This document shows, piece after piece, positions 16,448 through 29,978 of a DNA stretch of 64,000 nucleotides. The stretch's first letter is position 1, and each line of letters starts with the position of its first letter. Both the position numbers and the translations under genes were made by a program. A model generated the notes under the pieces. That model was not told where the DNA came from. It made no database searches and worked only from the letters and a program-made list of their open reading frames with translations. Origin of the DNA: Eledone cirrhosa (lineage: Eukaryota); contig OZ024743.1 in NCBI GenBank assembly GCA_964016885.1, positions 217,868,001-217,932,000 on the forward strand, written 5' to 3'.

Positions 16448-19205
16448 TTAGATACAATTATCCCACAATTAAGAAAACACGTTAACTTACCACTCTGGGA
16501 AAACACATCTCAAGTAATTAACTGGTTTACTAATATTAGAAATAAATCATCTGCTTCATTTCTACAATTTGATATAGATGCTTATTATTCCTCTATATCA
16601 CCCATACTCCTGAACAAAGCCTTGATATTTGCCAAAAATAGATCAGACTTAACTATGGATGACATTAATATTATCACGTACGCTAGACAAATACTACTGG
16701 AGTTTCAGAAGGAATACTGGACCAGAAATACATATAATAATCTCGTCGACATAACTATGGGCTCTAGTGATTCCGCCCAAATTACCGATCTTGTTGGCCT
16801 CTTTCTTCTATTTAACATTAATTCATTTTTTCCCCCACCTTAAAAGTGGTTTATATCGTGATGACTGTCTTCTTCTTTCCACTAATCTTAGCCTATCAGA
16901 AATTGAAAGAAATAAAAAACTTATTAGAACTTTCCTCAAAGACTATTACAATCCCACTATTACATTTGAAAACACCAGTAAAATAGTCAATTTCCTAGAT
17001 ATAACTTTAGACCTATCTACCAACCTTACCATAAACCTAACCAAAACTTACATTACATACACTCACAATCCAATCACCCTAGATCTATCCTTAAAAAACC
17101 TAGCATATAACATCTCACTGAGAATCTCTAACCTTTCCTCTAACCAGGATGTATTCGATAAAAACGCGCCCTTTTATAACGAAGCTTTAGCTAGAAGCGG
17201 CCACAAAAACAAATTACTCTACATACCTTGCACCAATAATACTTCAAACATACAACCCAATATTACCAACAAACACCAAATGAAAAACCCACACCTAAAT
17301 GTCACTCATACTACACCTAAAAATACCAACCTAAAACTTAATTTCGCTAACTCTTCTCACATAAAATATAATGACTTTCAAAAAACCATTCATCATAATA
17401 CTCCAATATATGTTAACAACATTACTAACAAAATTCCTAGTAATCAGACTAAAACACCTAAATCAGTTAATCTAACTAAACCTATATATAATAAAGTCAC
17501 TAATAGTAACTCTCTTAGTAAACATTCTGATACAACGTATAAAAATAAAAAACAATATCGAAACCGTAATAGACGAGTTACTTGGTATAATGCTCCATTT
17601 AATCTACAAATTAAAGACAATATCCCTAAAAACTTCTTTGCTATCCTAGAGAAAAACTCCCACCAAACCATAAATACCATCAAATTTTAAATAGATCAAC
17701 TGTCAAATTTTCCTACTCCACTACCAAAAATATACAACAGAATATAAGTGCGTACAACGCATATAAGTTTTTAAAAACCACAAATATACCACCAACACAT
17801 CAAACCAACCATAATGCTAAAATAAACCTCAACAAACCACCATCTCCTTCACCTATAACAAGTCGAGTAAACTCCACACCAAATTTGACTAACTCCCCTG
17901 ATATAATATTCACGAATGGTTGTAACTGTAGAATCAAAAGAAATTGCCCATTAAAAGGGAAATTGTCTTATTAATAACATAGTCTATAAATGTAAAATTA
18001 GCACTAAGGACTCCACTTATTCATATATAGGAGCTACGTCTAATCAATTTAAAGTAAGATTTAAAACATAGTTTTTAAAATGCCGCATTAGCTAATACAA
18101 CACCCTTGGCTGAAACAATTAATAATTATAGAAAGAAGAATATCGATTACAACCTGACCCCGAGCGTGCTCAAAAGGGCCACCCCTTATCGAATTAGTAG
18201 ATACGAGTGTAGGTTATGCTCCCAGGAACTTTTTGAAATCATGAAATCTAAGGATATCCTATTAAATAAGCGACAGGAATTAATTATATCTTGCAATCAT
18301 AGAATTAGAAGAACCTTCAAATATTATAAACCTAATTAATATACACCTTACTCTTATATTTTACAAATTATTATAATTGGGTTTTTTAATTTAGTTAACC
18401 TATAATTAGTATTTTACTACAGAGAACTTCATAATTTTATTTCCCTCTTACAGCTCTCTTTTCCTAAAATACCTATAAGTATACCTATGAATGAATTTAA
18501 TTTCCTGTTATGTATCTAGATTCCTTGTAGTTTAAATAAGATTGGTATTTCTCACTACTACCCTTACCCCAAAATTTTACTTTCCTTTGTTTTTAACAAC
18601 ACTCTTTAATAACGTCTAATTCTTATTTATCACATTCATATTAATTAATGTAACTTTATCCCTATAACTATACCTATCAATTAATTTAATTTCTTGTTAT
18701 AGATCTAGATTCCTTGTGGTTTAAATAAGATTGGTATTTCTCACTAATACTCTTACCATAAAATTTTATTTTCCTTCGTTTTTAACATTATTCTTTAATA
18801 ACATCAAATTTTCGTGTTCCTTTCACTATCTTCTTGGCTTGACCTCTTTTCATCCCTAAAGTATTCTTTTCATTCAAAACATAAGTCTTCACTCCTCTAC
18901 CCCGAAATTAAATTTCTACTACTGTTATTCTATCAACTTGACCTCGAACTACTTTTCTATTGGTCAATTCAAAAGCTATTCCCAAACATACCTTTTATAT
19001 TAAATGTTTGTTGGTTTTTTTCAATAAACACATCTCATCATTTCTGAGGACGGCATGTATATGTGAAGGTATGTATATTTCCTCTGATAAATTGTAATAT
19101 TTTTCCATAGATCTATTTGATATACATCCCAGAAACGATCGTAAAATGATGAATTTTTTTAATATAAGGAACTTGTTCTTTGTTTTTATTTCATTGTTTT
19201 TATTA

Positions 19206-19208
<3 letters not shown>
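16448..19208 (+). mobile_element. 5'-truncated, frameshifted Penelope-like element (RT, N-rich linker, GIY-YIG, pLTR); Naiad-like by motifs
   Basis: FDIDAYYSSI, ITMGSSDSAQITDLVG, GLYRDD, VTWYNAPF, GCNCRIKRNCPL, IVYKC..SYIGATS, CRLC...CNH. Bounded by (TA)n. Clade assignment is an inference. Confidence 0.9.
19035..19152 (+). ncRNA. Type I hammerhead ribozyme in PLE pLTR
   Basis: Stem I tcatcattt/aaatgatga (9 bp), CTGAGGA, long stem-loop II (atgtatat/atatacat), GAAA-CGATCG-TA. Confidence 0.85.
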
Positions 19209-19254
<46 letters not shown>

Positions 19255-19259
<5 letters not shown>

Positions 19260-20602
19260 GGTATGTATTGCTAATAAGTGTTTTTCTGGAGGTACCTGGT
19301 CTTTCTTCTATCTTAATATTGAGTTTATGTTTATCTAGGGCCCTTCTAAATTTGTAAGCTAATTCACCTCTAGGGGTTGTATCGATGAACATTACACTCT
19401 GGCATTTATTGCTATCATACCGTGAGTTTATTCTATTAGCCTTATTCCTAGTTCTTTCTATGCTATTCCACAATTTGCTCCTGTACAAGGGGCAGGTCCC
19501 ATTTGTGTCATTATTTACCATGGTAAATAATGCAAATTTTGGAATAGAATAGAAAGAACTAGGAATAAGGCTAATAGAATAAACTCATTGTATGATAGCA
19601 ATAAATACCAGAGTGTAATGTTCATCAATACAACCCCTAGAGGTGAATTAGCTTACAAATTTAGAAGGGGCCTAGATAAACATAAACTCAATATTAAGAT
19701 AGTAGAAAGACCAGGTACCTCCATAAAAATACTTATTAGCAAGACATACCCTTTTCAAAGACCTCCCTGTTTAGATAAGAAATGTATAATCTGTAAATTA
19801 AGCCCCCATATTAAATGTAAAACTAGAAATGTAGTATATAGCATAAGATGTACTGAAGGACAATGTAGAGATAAAAATATAGTGTACATAGGTGAGACAG
19901 CTCGTAGTATAGGGGAACGGATAAATGAAGACTAGCGAGACCTTCAAGATAGTAAAGAATCATCTGTACTCTACCAACATGCTAAAATAGAAAATAAGGG
20001 TAAATTAGAGAACATAGGAATAAAAATAGAATCTACACACAGAAAAGACGCAATGTTTAGACAAATCACAGAAGCAATAAACATAAATGCATTCCAACCA
20101 AAATTAAATAGAAAACATGAATGGAACAGCAACATCACAACTTACAATTAAGGACAAAATGAAAACACACACGCACATAGAACAAACAACCAACCAGTAA
20201 CATGCAAATAAACAAATAAATAAACAAATATAAACACACCCGGACACTCGGATGTAACACATGCGCAAACTAAGCACACAACACACACACAAAAACAAGA
20301 TGGCGTCGGACAGAACAAAGGAGAGGCACGAAAACAAAGAAAAGAATCTCCAGTAACTGAAGAGGTCGCAGAATGTGTCACCAAAGAACTTTGACAATAT
20401 ATAAACAATCATCCGGTTGTGGAACCAACCAAACAACCGGAAATTTATAAATTCCTAAATTTATAAATTTATTATAATGAATTGAAGTGAAAGCAACTGG
20501 TGCGTGTGTTTCGTATTGGCAACATGACCCTCCCAACTATAAGAATATCGGTTTCAACACACGATTTCAGATAAAGAATCTTGCTAAACAAATTCAGAAA
20601 CG

Positions 20603-20605
<3 letters not shown>
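19255..20605 (+). mobile_element. PLE 3' fragment (GIY-YIG) with 5' inversion
   Basis: ORF 19588-19935 CLDKKCIIC...VVYSIRC...YIGETARSIGER; 19255-19520 is an inverted copy of ~19520-19750. A decayed HHR near 20357-20395 and the 3' tail are related to 56801-57075. Confidence 0.85.
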
Positions 20606-20646
<41 letters not shown>

Positions 20647-20650
20647 ATAC

Positions 20651-20681
<31 letters not shown>

Positions 20682-20707
20682 CATGTGTGTGTGTGTGCAT
20701 GTATGTG

Positions 20708-20746
<39 letters not shown>

Positions 20747-20757
20747 TTACATATATG

Positions 20758-20792
<35 letters not shown>

Positions 20793-20995
20793 GTATGTAC
20801 ACGTACATACATATATGTATACAGACGTACAGTAGTATGTATATATATATATACATACACGACACATACATATATGTACGCATGGATTCACCGAACATTT
20901 ATTATAATGCTCGGTGTGTTTGTAAACAAACATCCCGTATTAAGCCGTAGTGTCCAGCAACCATCGTTGCTCGTTTATTCAACACTGACAAAGGA

Positions 20996-21038
20996 ACGAT
21001 GTACTAGTTTCAAGCTTATTAGCTATCGTCAGCAACGT
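20996..21038 (-). ncRNA. Minimal type I hammerhead
   Basis: acgttg-CTGACGA-tagct aata agctt-GAAA-CTAG-TA-catcgt. Confidence 0.8.
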
Positions 21039-21652
21039 ATACCTTCCTGCCAGATTTTTGAACGTATATACTTACCTTATGCATATTAACGGCTGAGTAG
21101 CCCAATTTGTATATCGAGTGGGTTAATCGGCCGGGTGCACGGAAAACGATAAACGGAAAAAATGAAACGAAATTTCATTTCCCACTCTTAGTACGGCTGT
21201 TACTTAAATATAAGTATGTACACGTACATACATATATGTATACAGACGTACAGTAGTATGTATATATATATACATACACGCACATATATATATATATGTA
21301 CGTATGGATTCACCGAACATTTATTATAATACTCGTTGTGTTTGTAAACAAACATCCCGCATTAAGCCGTAGTGTTGAACAAACGAGCAGCGATGGTTGC
21401 TGGACATGTGTGCCTCTATGTATATATATAGACATACTACTGTATGTCTGTATACATATATGTATGTACGTGTACATACTTATTTAAGTAACAGCCGTAC
21501 TAAGAGTGGGAAATGAAATTTCGTTTCATTTTTTCCGATTATCGTTTTCCGTGCACCCGGCCGATTAACCCACTCGATATGCAAATTGGGCTACTCAGCC
21601 GTTAATATGCATAAGGTAAGTATATACGTTCAACAATCTGGCAGGAAGGTAT

Positions 21653-21695
21653 ATGTTGCTGACGATAGCTAATAAGCTTGAAGCTAGTACAACGT
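21653..21695 (+). ncRNA. Minimal type I hammerhead, GAAA mutated to GAAG
   Basis: atgttg-CTGACGA-...-GAAG-CTAG-TA-caacgt. Confidence 0.65.
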
Positions 21696-21996
21696 CCTTT
21701 GTCAGTGTTGAACAAACAAGCAACGCTGGTTGCTGGACACTAAGCTTAATACGGGATGTTTGTTTACAAACACACCGAGCATTATAATAAATGTTCGGTG
21801 AATCCATACGTACATATATATATGTGTGCGTGTATGTATATATATATACATACTACTGTACGTCTGTATACATATATGTATGTACATGTACATACTTATA
21901 TTTAAGTAACAGCCGTACTAAGAGTGGGAAATGAAATTTCGTTTCATTTTTTCCGTTTATCGATTTCGGTGCACCCGGCCGATTAACCCACTCGAT

Positions 21997-22044
21997 ATGC
22001 AAATTGGGCTACTCAGCCGTTAATATGCATAAGGTAAGTATATA
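21997..22044 (+). promoter_or_regulatory. Putative snRNA-type promoter: octamer, PSE-like box, TATA
   Basis: ATGCAAAT 21997-22004, tcagccgttaatatgcat from 22013, TATATA 22039-22044; the same spacing occurs in other families. Confidence 0.5.
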
Positions 22045-22070
22045 CGTTCAACAATCTGGCAGGAAGGTAT

Positions 22071-22113
22071 ACGTTGCTGACGATAGCTAATAAGCTTGAA
22101 ACTAGTACAGCGT
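22071..22113 (+). ncRNA. Minimal type I hammerhead
   Basis: acgttg-CTGACGA-tagct aata agctt-GAAA-CTAG-TA-cagcgt. Confidence 0.85.
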
Positions 22114-22466
22114 TCCTTTGTCAGTGTTGAACAAACGAGCACGAATGGTTGCTGGACACTACGGCTTAATACGGGATGCTTGTTTACAAACACACCGAGC
22201 ATTATAATAAATGTTCGGTGAATCCATACGTACATATATATGTGCGTGCGTGTATGTATATATATATATACATACAACTGTACGTCTGTATACATATATG
22301 TATGTACGTGTACATACTTATTTTTAAGTAACAGCCGTACTAAGAGTGGGAAATGAAATTTCGTTTCATTTTTTCCGTTTATATATATATAAATTAATAT
22401 ATAAACACATTATGCATACATACATACATACATACATACATACATACATACATACATACATACATA

Positions 22467-23070
22467 CATGGTGGCTGCCAACTCGTTTTCGAGTACGGCC
22501 ACTACTTTATATCCATGTAGGAGAACTCCTACCGATGCGCTGAACGAATGTGACTTTAGTCCAGCCAGCGACTTGAAAACTCTGGTACAAACACTCCACT
22601 TGTGACAATTATTGACACATAGTGCTAGGCCCATGGTACCATGTGACGACAAGTTCAGAGAGATCTCCAGATATAAAGCAATGCCTGTGCCGTGAAGCTT
22701 TTATAGTGAGCAAAGGCACTGCACAAAGCCAGTCCCACTCTCTTAACCAAGATGATATTTACCAAAAAGAAGAACAAGTCAACATCATTGGATACCATCA
22801 GAGTTGCAGGTGTTATATCAGAGTTTTCCTTCCCCTAGAATTCTGCGTTGACAAAGGCTAAGGCGTCATCTCTTCCGGTTATTTTGGATGGCCATTGACT
22901 CTTAAGAGCTCCTTTGCCCTTTGACAGGTCTTGTTTTTAGTCCTGCAGGATGTCCAAAGTCACCCTCCTCACCAAGAAACCTTGGTGGGGTTGCCAGTTT
23001 AGTCGCCAACGACCCGACCATGGGACAGGTTGTACTGGAATACATGTTACCAGTAGCACTAAGTGGTGAC
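22467..23070 (-). mobile_element. RTE-type bipartite non-autonomous element with (ATGT)n tail
   Basis: Structured 5' part, then a 3' ORF remnant with a C2H2-like motif (VCTRVFKSLAGLKSH), ending in (ATGT)n. Truncated copy at 23091-23343, full copy at 44046-44634. Confidence 0.65.
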
Positions 23071-23090
23071 CTGACATACATACATACATA

Positions 23091-23343
23091 CATGGTGGCT
23101 GCCAACTCGTTTTCGAGTACGGCCACTACTTTATATCCATGTAGGAGAACCCCTACCGATGCGCTGAACGTGTGTGACTTTTTAGTCCAGCCAGCGACTT
23201 GAAAACTCTGGTACAAACACTACACTTGTGATAATCATTGACACATAGTGCTGGTCCCATGTGACGACAAGTGCAGAGAGATCTCCAGATATAAAGCAAT
23301 GCCTGTGCCATGAAGCTTTTTTAGTGAGCAAAGGCAGTGCACA
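23091..23343 (-). mobile_element. 5'-truncated copy of the RTE-derived element
   Basis: Near-identical to 22467-22725; flanked by (CATA)n. Confidence 0.65.
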
Positions 23344-23677
23344 CATACATACATACATACATACATACATACATACATACATACATACATACATACATAC
23401 ATACATACATACATACATACATACATACATACATACATACAAATAATTTATATGAAGCAGCTGAAGAGGTTGCTCATGATTGCAATTCATACCGGTTTCA
23501 TCTGGCGAATAATGAGAATTATAATAACGACTACTTTTAAAATTATTGGCCTATAGAATTGCTGGAGCGACGGTTTGTGTGGGAGAATGCCATATAAAGG
23601 AGTGAATAAAGAGAGGGGGAGGATTGAAGTAGTTTACTATGACATGAAATATGACAGTTCAGGATATAAATGATGAT

Positions 23678-23791
23678 TAAAATTAGATATGAAATAAAAT
23701 AAAATAATATAAAATTAGATATGAAATAAAATAAAATAATATAAAATTAGATATGAAATAAAATAAAATAATGTAAAATTAGATATGAAAT
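23678..23791. repeat. 32-bp AT-rich minisatellite (~3.5 copies)
   Basis: aaattagatatgaaat recurs at 23680, 23712, 23744 and 23776. Confidence 0.9.
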
Positions 23792-24894
23792 GAATAAAAC
23801 AAAGAATTAAAATTAAATAGAATCAGTTATTGGAAAATAAGATAAAATGAACAGAATTATATGAGGGATGCATAACACTGATACATAAATTACAGAAATA
23901 TACAAATATAGAATGTGCTTCTTTGAATTTTAAGGAAAGCCGCAGGGGAAGTTTCAATTGCCTGAATTATAGTATGAACAACTGTTAGTTTGTCTTTGAT
24001 TTATTATTAAATGTTTTATAAATTTGATGTTTCATTTGTTAAACATTTAAGTTTAGTTCGATTATACGACGAAGGATATTTAAAATGAGGCATTCTTTCA
24101 ATATGGTCAAGTGTAATGTGTTGGTAATGAAATTAACGATTTAAATTAAAAGCTTGGAAATTCGAACTTGAACATCAAAAATTAAAAATTTGGCAACGCG
24201 TTCGAATTCTGACTCAGTATTTCAAAAGAATCAATCATACTAGGGTGTATATATTTTTTGATGGTGATATATACCATAAAATAAATTTGAAAATTCAATT
24301 TTAAAAAATAATCAAATTTCAAGTAAATTTGCAGTAGAAACATTAAAATTAAGATTAAGGATCTCTTTAGGATACATCAATATTGTTACCAAATTGGTTC
24401 ATGATATGCCTTCGGAATTCTGATGTAAAATTTCAAAATAGATTAATATATTATACATAGTAAAATCAAGGAATGCTACGTTTGATAGAGGGTTTAATTT
24501 ATTAAGTTCACTTATAAATCAGGTAGATTGGAAAATGTCAACTCCAGTTAACAGAAATGTGCCTGGTTGTTGGCTATTTAGGTATATTTTCCTTGATGGT
24601 AGTGTGCGGTTTTTGAAGCGTTAACGGTTCCACTATCTTAAACCTTAAGTTCGGCTGGTATATTACATTCTTCGGCATTAATAGAGTGCAAGGTTTAAAA
24701 GATATGTTTGTAGTTGTTAGTAAGTTCGTCATGGCAGATTTTGTAATATTTTGTTTGTTGCGTCCATATAACACAATTATTATTATGGCCTTTATATATG
24801 TATATATTCGGACGTAACAAACAAAATATTACATAGGAGACAGTTGTAGTTTCCTTGAAGCATTGTGTATGGTGTAAAGAAATGTGAAGTTTGA

Positions 24895-25410
24895 AGGCCA
24901 TAACAATGCATTTAGGTCACACATCATGTCTGAATGTAATGCCAGGCATTGGTTCGCACGCTTCGGTGATTAGTGCCTTGAAAATTGACCTCACACAGAA
25001 CATTCATCCGATTTCAATAACGAGCAAATGCGTAAGCTGATGGTGGTCGACCTCCACCAGATATCCCGTCACCTCTCCGAAGTGCTTGGAGCACCGAGAA
25101 AAACCATCCTCAATCCCTTGCCTGCAATAGAGAAAGGGTCCCAGCTTTACCAATGGGTGCTCCACAATCTGACTGACCGTAATTGTGAATGTTGGTCTGC
25201 AGTTGCAACATCTCTGCTCACCTACAATCGCTGAACCAACTGGTTACGTTCGAATGTCAGTGATCATGAAAAATGATGTCACCTTATTAGTGTCAAGCAC
25301 AAGTGATCACGGGTAGATGAAGAGAGTACACCACAACGGCAAGCAAAGGCTGGCCTCTACCATCGTAATACTCTACTGACCGTCTGGTATGACTGGAAAT
25401 GTGCAATCCA
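24895..25410 (+). pseudogene. Decayed mariner transposase
   Basis: QWVLHNLT (mariner WVPHEL motif), followed after a stop by NVSDHEK* (TGDEKW-like). Confidence 0.7.
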
Positions 25411-25551
25411 CTACAGGCTTCTTCCACTGAACACCAGCATAACCTCTGATGTCTAATCCTAAACACTTTATTAGAGATTAGAGGTGACATACACACAGAT
25501 GTGCCCACACCACGGTCCTGTTCGATTTCTTCCTGAGGCGTAGGGGGAGTC

Positions 25552-26634
<1,083 letters not shown>

Positions 26635-26673
26635 CATGTAAATATATATATATTCATATAAATATATATATTC

Positions 26674-26749
<76 letters not shown>

Positions 26750-26751
<2 letters not shown>

Positions 26752-27951
26752 TATAAAGTATGTCCATAGAATCATTTGATAATATATATACACCATTTCA
26801 TCTCCCAATTAGCATAATTAACCACACAAAAAATCAATTAGACAAGGCTATAAGATTAAAAGTTACCTATGAAGAAATAGTAGATAAATAAACAACAGCA
26901 ATCTCTTCGCGACCAACCGCCATAGAATATTTACCCAACATTTCAACAGCACGTGGAAATCGATTAAATAAAGCGTCAACCATACACAATTAGGTATAAA
27001 ATTAAAGTTAGAAGAAATGCATATACACATACCAGGATTTCGTTTCTACCCTAGGGTTTCGTCGCATTTGGAAATATCCTATTAAGGATAAAATCTCGAG
27101 CTTCGAACTCATCAGGAAACAAAATCGTTTGGACAAAGGATTTTCTTAAGTGATCTCCACCAGAAACGAATTCAAAATGGCTAATAACTGTGACGTGGCA
27201 GTGGTCAAGTCAGAAAGAATGTGATTGGTTGCTTACGGCGAGTGGGCTGGTTGCTAGAATGCGCAGCCCAATATTGCCCAAATTGTATCTCAACCTTATT
27301 GGAGATTATTAAATATAAAGATTTACATATACACAAACTAGACAAAGTCACGGTTATATATGTTTTGGCAACCGTTCACGATGTGGCTCAATGATGAATT
27401 AATAAATTAAATAATCAGAGCAATATACTATAAAGTATGTCCATAGAATCATTTGATAATATATATACACCATTTCCTCTCCCAATTAGCATAATTAACC
27501 ACACACAAAATCAATTAGACCAGGCTATAAGATTAAAAGGCACCTATGAAGAAATAGTAGATATAAATAAACGACAGCAATCTCTTCGCGACCAACAGCC
27601 ATAGAATATTTACCCAACATTACATCTGCAAGTGGAAATGGATTAAATATACCATCAACCATACACAATTAGGTTTAAAATTAAAGTTAGAAGAAATGCA
27701 TATATATACACATACCATGATTGTGTTTCTACTCTAGGGTTTCGTTCGCATTTGGAAATATCCTATTAAGGATAAAATCTCGAGTTCGAACTCATCGGGA
27801 AACAAACTCGTTTGGACAAAGGATTTTCTTAAGTGATCTCCGCCAGAAACGAATTCAAAATGGCTAATAACTGTGACGTGGCAGTGGTCAAGTCAGAAAG
27901 AATGTGGTTGGTTGCTTACGGGGAGTGGGCTGGTTGCTAGAAAACGCAGCC
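26750..27951 (-). mobile_element. Non-coding partial tandem (~680-bp unit) with two hammerheads
   Basis: 26750-27270 is repeated at 27427-27951; bounded by (TA)n. Confidence 0.8.
27036..27126 (-). ncRNA. Type I hammerhead
   Basis: gattttgtttc-CTGATGA-gttcg...cgac-GAAA-CCCTAGGG-TA-gaaacgaaatc. The second copy at 27725-27803 has CCGATGA. Confidence 0.85.
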
Positions 27952-28027
27952 ATATATATATATATATATATATATATAGGACCTCTTAAACCACCTCCCC
28001 AAACATGTCAACAACGACACTATTATT

Positions 28028-29416
28028 GTGTCTTTCGATGTAGTGAATCTCTATACAACGATCCCACACCAATACGGACTAGAAGCAATAGGATTCTGGC
28101 TAGAGAAATATCCCAATGAGATACCTGACAGAATAGAAAAAAGCTTCATCACCGAGGGATTAAAATTCACCCTACAGAACAACTTTTTTGATTTCGATGG
28201 CAATACTTACAAGCAAATATCGGGGACTGCGATAGGCACAAATGCCGCTCCAACTTATGCCAACTTAGTCATGGCATACTTAGAAGTCCAGATATATGAA
28301 CAGTCCAAATCAAAATACGGATTGAACTTCCACAAATATTTATCAGAGAATTGGAAACGCTACTTGGATGATTGCCTCATTCTTTGGTCCCACACACTCG
28401 ACCAACTGAAGGATTTCAAAAACTTAATAAACGGCATCAATAACCACATCCAATTCACAATGGAATACAGCCAAGATCAACTCCCATTACTGGACATCTT
28501 AATCACAAAAAAAGTCACAAATATCGAAACTGACATACACTACAAACCAACAGATTCCAAACAATATCTGCTATTCACCTCCAACCATCCAAAGCACACG
28601 AAGACGAACATTCCTTTTAACCTAGCAAGAAGAATTTGCACAATTGTCTCCAGTTATGAAACGCGAAATAAAAGACTTCAAGAATTAAAGGAAATTCTAC
28701 TTGAGAGAGAGTACCCACTATTACTAATAAATAATGGAATAGAAAGGGCTAAAGCAATAGGCATTGATGAATTACGGAAACAGAAACAAATTCAAGGTAC
28801 GTCCAATATTCTATCATATATCTCAACACACAACCCAAGAAATGCGGAAGCTTACAACACTATTCACAATAACATCCCACTACTAAAACAAAACCCAAGA
28901 ATGAAAAAAGCTCTTGAAACACACAAAATAATCAAAAGCAAAAGACAACCAAAATCACTGAAAACATTACTCACCAATGCCAAATTACCTACCACAAACC
29001 CACAACCAAGTATCAAAAAATGTGGTCGCTCTAATTGTGGAACCTGCACTCACCTCATTGGAGGCAACACGTATACATTTAAATCAGGACAAAATTTTAC
29101 TGTAAAAAATCACTTCACTTGCTCATCAAAAAATCTGATTTATGCCATTAAATGTAAAGGATGCAATGAAGATTATATAGGACAAACTAAACTCCCACTC
29201 AGAAACAGAATGACAGTTCATCGCCAACAATTACGAGATCCAACCACGAGACAGATACCACTAAGTGCACATCTAGACATTTGCGCAAGTAATAAGACAC
29301 CCAAATTCCAAGTCTTCCCATTTTACCTTTGCGCTAACAATACAACAGAACAAATGCGAATAAATAAGGAAAATATGTTTATTCAAAAATATAGACCAAC
29401 ATTAAATAAGGTTTAA
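28028..29416 (+). CDS. PLE reverse transcriptase + Zn knuckle + GIY-YIG endonuclease (N-terminally truncated)
   Basis: FDVVNLYTTIP, GTAIGTNAAPTYANL, RYLDD, KPTDSKQYL, CGRSNCGTC, LIYAIKC...YIGQT...R...H, terminal LN. Confidence 0.92.
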   Translation: MSFDVVNLYTTIPHQYGLEAIGFWLEKYPNEIPDRIEKSFITEGLKFTLQNNFFDFDGNTYKQISGTAIGTNAAPTYANLVMAYLEVQIYEQSKSKYGLNFHKYLSENWKRYLDDCLILWSHTLDQLKDFKNLINGINNHIQFTMEYSQDQLPLLDILITKKVTNIETDIHYKPTDSKQYLLFTSNHPKHTKTNIPFNLARRICTIVSSYETRNKRLQELKEILLEREYPLLLINNGIERAKAIGIDELRKQKQIQGTSNILSYISTHNPRNAEAYNTIHNNIPLLKQNPRMKKALETHKIIKSKRQPKSLKTLLTNAKLPTTNPQPSIKKCGRSNCGTCTHLIGGNTYTFKSGQNFTVKNHFTCSSKNLIYAIKCKGCNEDYIGQTKLPLRNRMTVHRQQLRDPTTRQIPLSAHLDICASNKTPKFQVFPFYLCANNTTEQMRINKENMFIQKYRPTLNKV

Positions 29417-29620
29417 TATACATTATGTCAACAATATGACATACACACACACACATAACACCTTCTACTTTAGAAAATAAAAACCCGAACTAAATAAACC
29501 TTAAACATACGTTTGCACTGGCAATACAACAGCAAACACGAAAAAGTCAGGAAAACATGTTCATTCAAAAATATTCCTACTAAAGGAATCAGTTTCCTAC
29601 ACACACACATACACACACAC

Positions 29621-29689
<69 letters not shown>

Positions 29690-29945
29690 TCTTCATCTTA
29701 ACATGCTAACCATACTCCCACACACATAACACCCATACGCACACATAACAACCCCCACACCTACAACACCCTCCCCATTTCTACTAATAGAACCACTTTC
29801 CTACACACATATATATATACACACACACAAAATATATATTCTCTCTATCTAACATACTCGCACACACACACATAACACCCATATACACACACACACAACT
29901 CCCTCCCCCATCTCTACTAATAGAATCATCTTCCAATACACACAT

Positions 29946-29978
<33 letters not shown>

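Larger units (their letters stand above)
20790..22380. repeat. 418-bp hammerhead-bearing tandem repeat (retrozyme-like); minus-strand copies followed by plus-strand copies
   Basis: HHR cores at 21659 and 22077 (period 418); inverted unit ~20790-21400; no ORF. Confidence 0.85.

Noticed and set aside
17915-17970. Selenocysteine recoding as described in some Naiad PLEs
   Set aside because: The Cys positions read (CNC...CP) use TGT/TGC; no in-frame TGA at these sites and no SECIS recognised.
23458-23505. CTGAAGA + hairpin + ACCGGT
   Set aside because: GAAA is absent on the plus strand, stem I does not form, and the minus-strand GAAACCGGTA has no core.
23678-23791. CRISPR-like periodicity (also 55373-55469)
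   Set aside because: Head-to-tail repeats without unique spacers; no cas genes; eukaryotic context.
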